Source of the DNA: Macrostomum lignano
Taxonomy: Eukaryota
Assembly: GCA_002269645.1 (NCBI GenBank)
Contig: NIVC01001993.1
Span: 1 to 64,000, forward strand
DNA length: 64,000 nucleotides
Direction of reading: 5' to 3'
How positions within the stretch are numbered: position 1 is the first letter of the stretch; each line of letters opens with the position of its first letter. The translations under genes and the position numbers were made by a program. Positions 60,050-64,000 of the stretch are shown in pieces. Under the pieces are notes generated by a model. It saw only the letters and a program-made list of their open reading frames with translations, searched no databases and was not told the origin of the DNA.

Positions 60050-63000
60050 CAGTCCAGTCTTAAAGATACTGTTGAGCCAAAGTCCACCGCAGGTCTCCTC
60101 CTTGCTGCCGCTGCAAGCCGAGCGGCACTTGTCCGACCCTGCCGAGCCGTACTTGCCGTAGGAGTTGCCGCACCAGCACTCTCTGGCGTTCTGTACGCCG
60201 AAGTACTTGAAGCCGAGCTTGCTGCAGGCTTGAGAACACTTGGATAGTGTCAGGCTGCTGCTCGTGAGCGCCAATTCTGGCAAGTCGGGCATCGGCTTGT
60301 CATGGAAGCAACCAATGCTGAGCAGTTTGTATCCTGCTCGATTGGGTTGTCGGTAAAGACTCTGAAGATACACTGAACCATAGGGGAAATGCACGGGAAC
60401 TGAGGATCAGCAAGTGCCCATCATCATTGAAATTAGGTACAGATAGGTTGTAAATAGGTACTCTTTTGGTTGTCTGATACTATTTCTGTCAAACAAAAGA
60501 ATGAAGCATCTCAGGTATTTGTGAAAGAACAAAGTTCACGGTCTCTACTATGAGTCCCTATGGACAGTACAAAGTCACGAGTAGCCACGTGCAACCTTCA
60601 CCCTTTAAAATCAGCGACGAGCAAGGTCGCTTGAAAAGCGACCTTTTGCGCCGTCGGCGACTCCAGCTGTCAGGCCAATTTATCCACAGCGATTCGTACT
60701 GTTGATTGATGTGGAAAGCACCCTGTCGGCGAGGTCAGACGTTTCGTTGACAAGTTTCGCGCTATCTTCACGGTACAGCCCAGGGGCGCGTATTTTTTTG
60801 TTCTAAGACCCACTGACCATGTAATTCGCTGCATTTTAGTTGCAAATTTATGTAGCCAACCCTCGAATGATATGTTAATACTAAGAAGAAAGTATTTAAT
60901 ACCAGTCAGGCCAGTCGAGTAGATGTTGTTATGCCAGAGACCTCCGCAGGTGTGCGCGGGGTCACTGCGGCACGGCTTGTTGTAGCTGGACGAAGTGCCG
61001 ACGCCCTGGTTGCCGTAGGAGCTGCCGCAGCGGCATTCTACTCCATTTTGCACGCCGAAGAACGGATGTCTTTGACGCTGTCTTTGCACAACTTGAGACA
61101 ACGAGCCAGGCTCACACCTGAGCTGGTCTCAACTAGGTGCTTGAGATCGCGCTTCGACACACTGTCCTTAAAGCAGCCAAGGCTGAAGTGGGCCAGTCTG
61201 AAAATTCCGATACAAGTCAGTAGTGCAGTAGCAACTCAACATAAATATTCAGCGCTCTGATTCTCCTCAGCTAAAAACTTACCTGTTTCAGTTGATCTCA
61301 CAACCCATTTGTTAGCTTCTGTGTCAAATTCTGAAGTAGCTCGTACATATGAATTGAACGAGACATTCTTTTTATCAATAATTGGTCAGTATAATATCTT
61401 AAACAATTGTAGTGGAAATTCCCCACTTACCCTCCTCTGAGGTCTTGTAATCATCTGTAACTAGCGTCTGGTACTCAGTTTTGTACAGCCACTTCTGCTG
61501 GTTGAGCAGTTGTGTACAGGCCTCCTTCGACTTGATAATGCTGCTTGTAATTTCCGTCTTTATAGTGTTTTCATCCTCAGAGTAGGCAGATTTTTTCATC
61601 TTGACCAGCTTCCTGAAAGCCGGAGTCACCGATGCAACCCTTTGGCTCAGCACACGCAGCTTTGACTTGATTCTGGCTTGGAGTTTCTTTAGATTTCGAA
61701 CAGGAACTGTCCGCTTGGACTTCAGTAGCTTCTTGGCACCTACCTCACTTTTTGTCAACTTGAGTAACTTCCTTCTGCCTAGAACCTTGCTGAACGACAC
61801 ACGAACCTTCACGCGCCGTCGAGCAACTTTACTTATCAGAGCTCAAACATTCAGTTGTCGAGCAAGCTAGCTTTTTGCTTGCGAAGCCTGCAAAGAGCAA
61901 GCTTCTTTCTGCGAAGCTTCTTAATCAGAACTACTTTGCGTTTTACAACTGTCTTTCGAGGTCTTCTCCTGGTGAACACAAGACGCGGAAGAACAACCTT
62001 AGTTCCAGAAATGATAATCCGCTTTGAGCGCAACACAGGGGCAGCTCGACCGCTTCGCCTTCGGTTTCGACGGAGACTGCTACCGCCATGCCTTAGTGCA
62101 AATAGTCTTGGAACTCGACTGACTATGCGCTTCACAATGCGGCGGCTTTTCGTTGATGTTCGAGTAATCTTTGATCGACTAATCAGCTTCCTGCGCAACA
62201 CTCGTTTCGTGAAGCGTCGCTTCTTAAGAACAAGCCGTCGGACCTTGCGCTCCTGCCGACGCGTCTTTCTGCGCACTGAACTTATTCGACGGCGAAGACG
62301 TTGCTTCCGATTGGAGATTCTACGAATTCGGGTCTTTAGGACGCGCCTTCGACGGCGAAGACGTTGCTTCCGATTGGAGATTCTACGAATTCGGGTCTTT
62401 AGGACGCGCCTTCGACGGCGAAGACGTTGCTTCCGATTGGAGATTCTACGAATTCGGGTCTTTAGGACGCGCCTTCGACGGCGAAGACGTTGCTTCCGAT
62501 TGGAGATTCTACGAATTCGGGTCTTTAGGACGCGCCTTCGACGGCGAAGACGTTGCTTCCAATTGGAGATTCTACGAATTCGGGTCTTTAGCTGGACGCG
62601 CCTTCGACGGCGAAGACGTTGCTTCCGATTGGAGATTCTACGAATTCGGGTCTTTAGGACGCGCCTTCGACGGCGAAGACGTTGCTTCCGATTGGAGATT
62701 CTACGAATTCGGGTCTTTAGGACGCGCCTTCGACGGCGAAGACGTTGCTTCCGATTGGAGATTCTACGAATTCGGGTCTTTAGGACGCGCCTTCGACGGC
62801 GAAGACGTTGCTTCCGGTTGGAGATTCTACGAATTCGGGTCTTTAGCTGGACGCGCCTTCTTTTATACTTCACAATTCGTGAAGTACAGGTCGATAGTTT
62901 GTAAGTCAGTCGCTTGATACCTGGTACCAGTATTGATTCGGCTGATCCTGTTTATTATCACAACTTTACTCTTTGTCTTCGAGGACAAGAGTCTTCGCAC

Positions 63001-64000
63001 TATTAACTTTTTCCTCTTCAATTGTTTGAGTCGCTCGATGAGATTCTTCGTTTTTTATCGGCTCTCCTGATGCACCGCCTCATTCGACGTCTCCTGGCCT
63101 TGATTCTGCGGATTCTTCGCTTTAGTTGAACGCTGCGTCGTCCAGTGACAAGAACTCGGTGTCTGCTGGCCAGCACTCTGACTTTAGCACGTGCGATTCT
63201 CTTATATATTTTCTTGATTTGTCTCACAGAACGTTTTTTGGCGATTTTTCTGTTAGTAGCAATCATTTTTTTGCTTTTTTCGTCGCTTTCCTTCCTTGTT
63301 TGAGATGATTACCAAGCTGTTTCGTTCTGCTCAGGTACAAAACGCGCTTGGTCAGTCGGATCTTCGCCTGTCGCACTGCGTAGCGCAAGACCCTTGCATT
63401 AGTGGCATTTTACTTTACGATTCGCCTCTGAAATCGTTTCAGCAGCGTGTTAAAACAGACTTTTCTTCTCTGAGTCTTCTTCTTGAGCATTAGCACCCGT
63501 TTCTTGAGTCGCTGTCGCCTGCTCGTAATGCGGCGAATCCTTGCCTTCAACTGTATGTTTCTTCTAGACACTCTCTGAAGCCGTCTTGTATACCTGGCGA
63601 TTTGTCGGGACACCAGATTTGTCTTTCTTTTATTGGGGGTTAGAATGCGCACCGACATTCTAGATTTCTTCTTCTGAATAGTTCCTAATTTGAGCAGAGT
63701 TAGGCGCTTAATAAGAAGTGCTCGCTTATTGCTGATTTTTGCCATGTACTTTTTAACAGTTGCTCTTCTTTGAGTGATGCGTTGAATACTGCGCCTCAGA
63801 TATCGCGTCTGTCTCTTAAGGCGACCAACTCGTCGCTTAGTGACGAGAATTCTTCGAATTATGCGCTCTACTCTTTTGTTAACATTCTTCAACTCTTTTG
63901 CTGCACGCTTGGCTATCTGTCTCAGCTTTCTGCTCTTGCCGATCAGAACAAATGGCTTCTTTATGACCTTCTTTCGCCGGTAAATTCTCCTACCTGCCCT
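60050..64000 (-). CDS. Large Arg/Lys-rich protein with downstream WSC domains; runs off the right edge; several frameshifts/stops in this copy
   Basis: Minus-strand frames from 64000 to ~61430 are extremely R/K-rich with nine 21-22-aa repeats. GT-AG-flanked exons at ~60910-61199 and ~60050-60366 encode WSC domains (GCF.D..C...C....FGVQN..EC.CG..YG..C...C.G...CGG). Confidence 0.7.

Noticed and set aside
61855-62904. 349-aa plus-strand ORF mirroring the KR-rich ORF
   Set aside because: Antisense shadow of the repeat; splice sites and WSC exons support the minus strand.

Overview
Eukaryotic (invertebrate animal) genomic window, read by eye without database searches. The GC-rich exons and AT-rich introns packed with private minisatellites recall flatworm genomes such as Macrostomum; this is inference only. 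Bases 1-14489 are the right-hand part of an integrated Polinton/Maverick (adintovirus-like) element: protein-primed PolB, lectin-tipped fibre, adenain protease, penton, packaging ATPase, major capsid, HNH nuclease, PLA2-integrase and an AGT-type terminus. The top finding is a 303-nt, structurally complete group I (IC1-like) self-splicing intron at 12147-12449. It splits the PLA2 Ca-loop of the PLA2-integrase gene and sits next to a free-standing HNH endonuclease. The element also carries a family of 30-bp GC-rich double-hairpin insertions. The rest is host DNA: the 3' part of VPS13D (+) with nested histone H1, tRNA-Met and a neuroligin-like gene; ARID2 (-); tRNA-Asn; POLDIP3 (-); a TRIM-like LTR element; a hAT-type MITE; a P-element/THAP transposon with perfect TIRs and TSD; SINEs; and an extremely Arg/Lys-rich WSC-domain gene running off the right edge.
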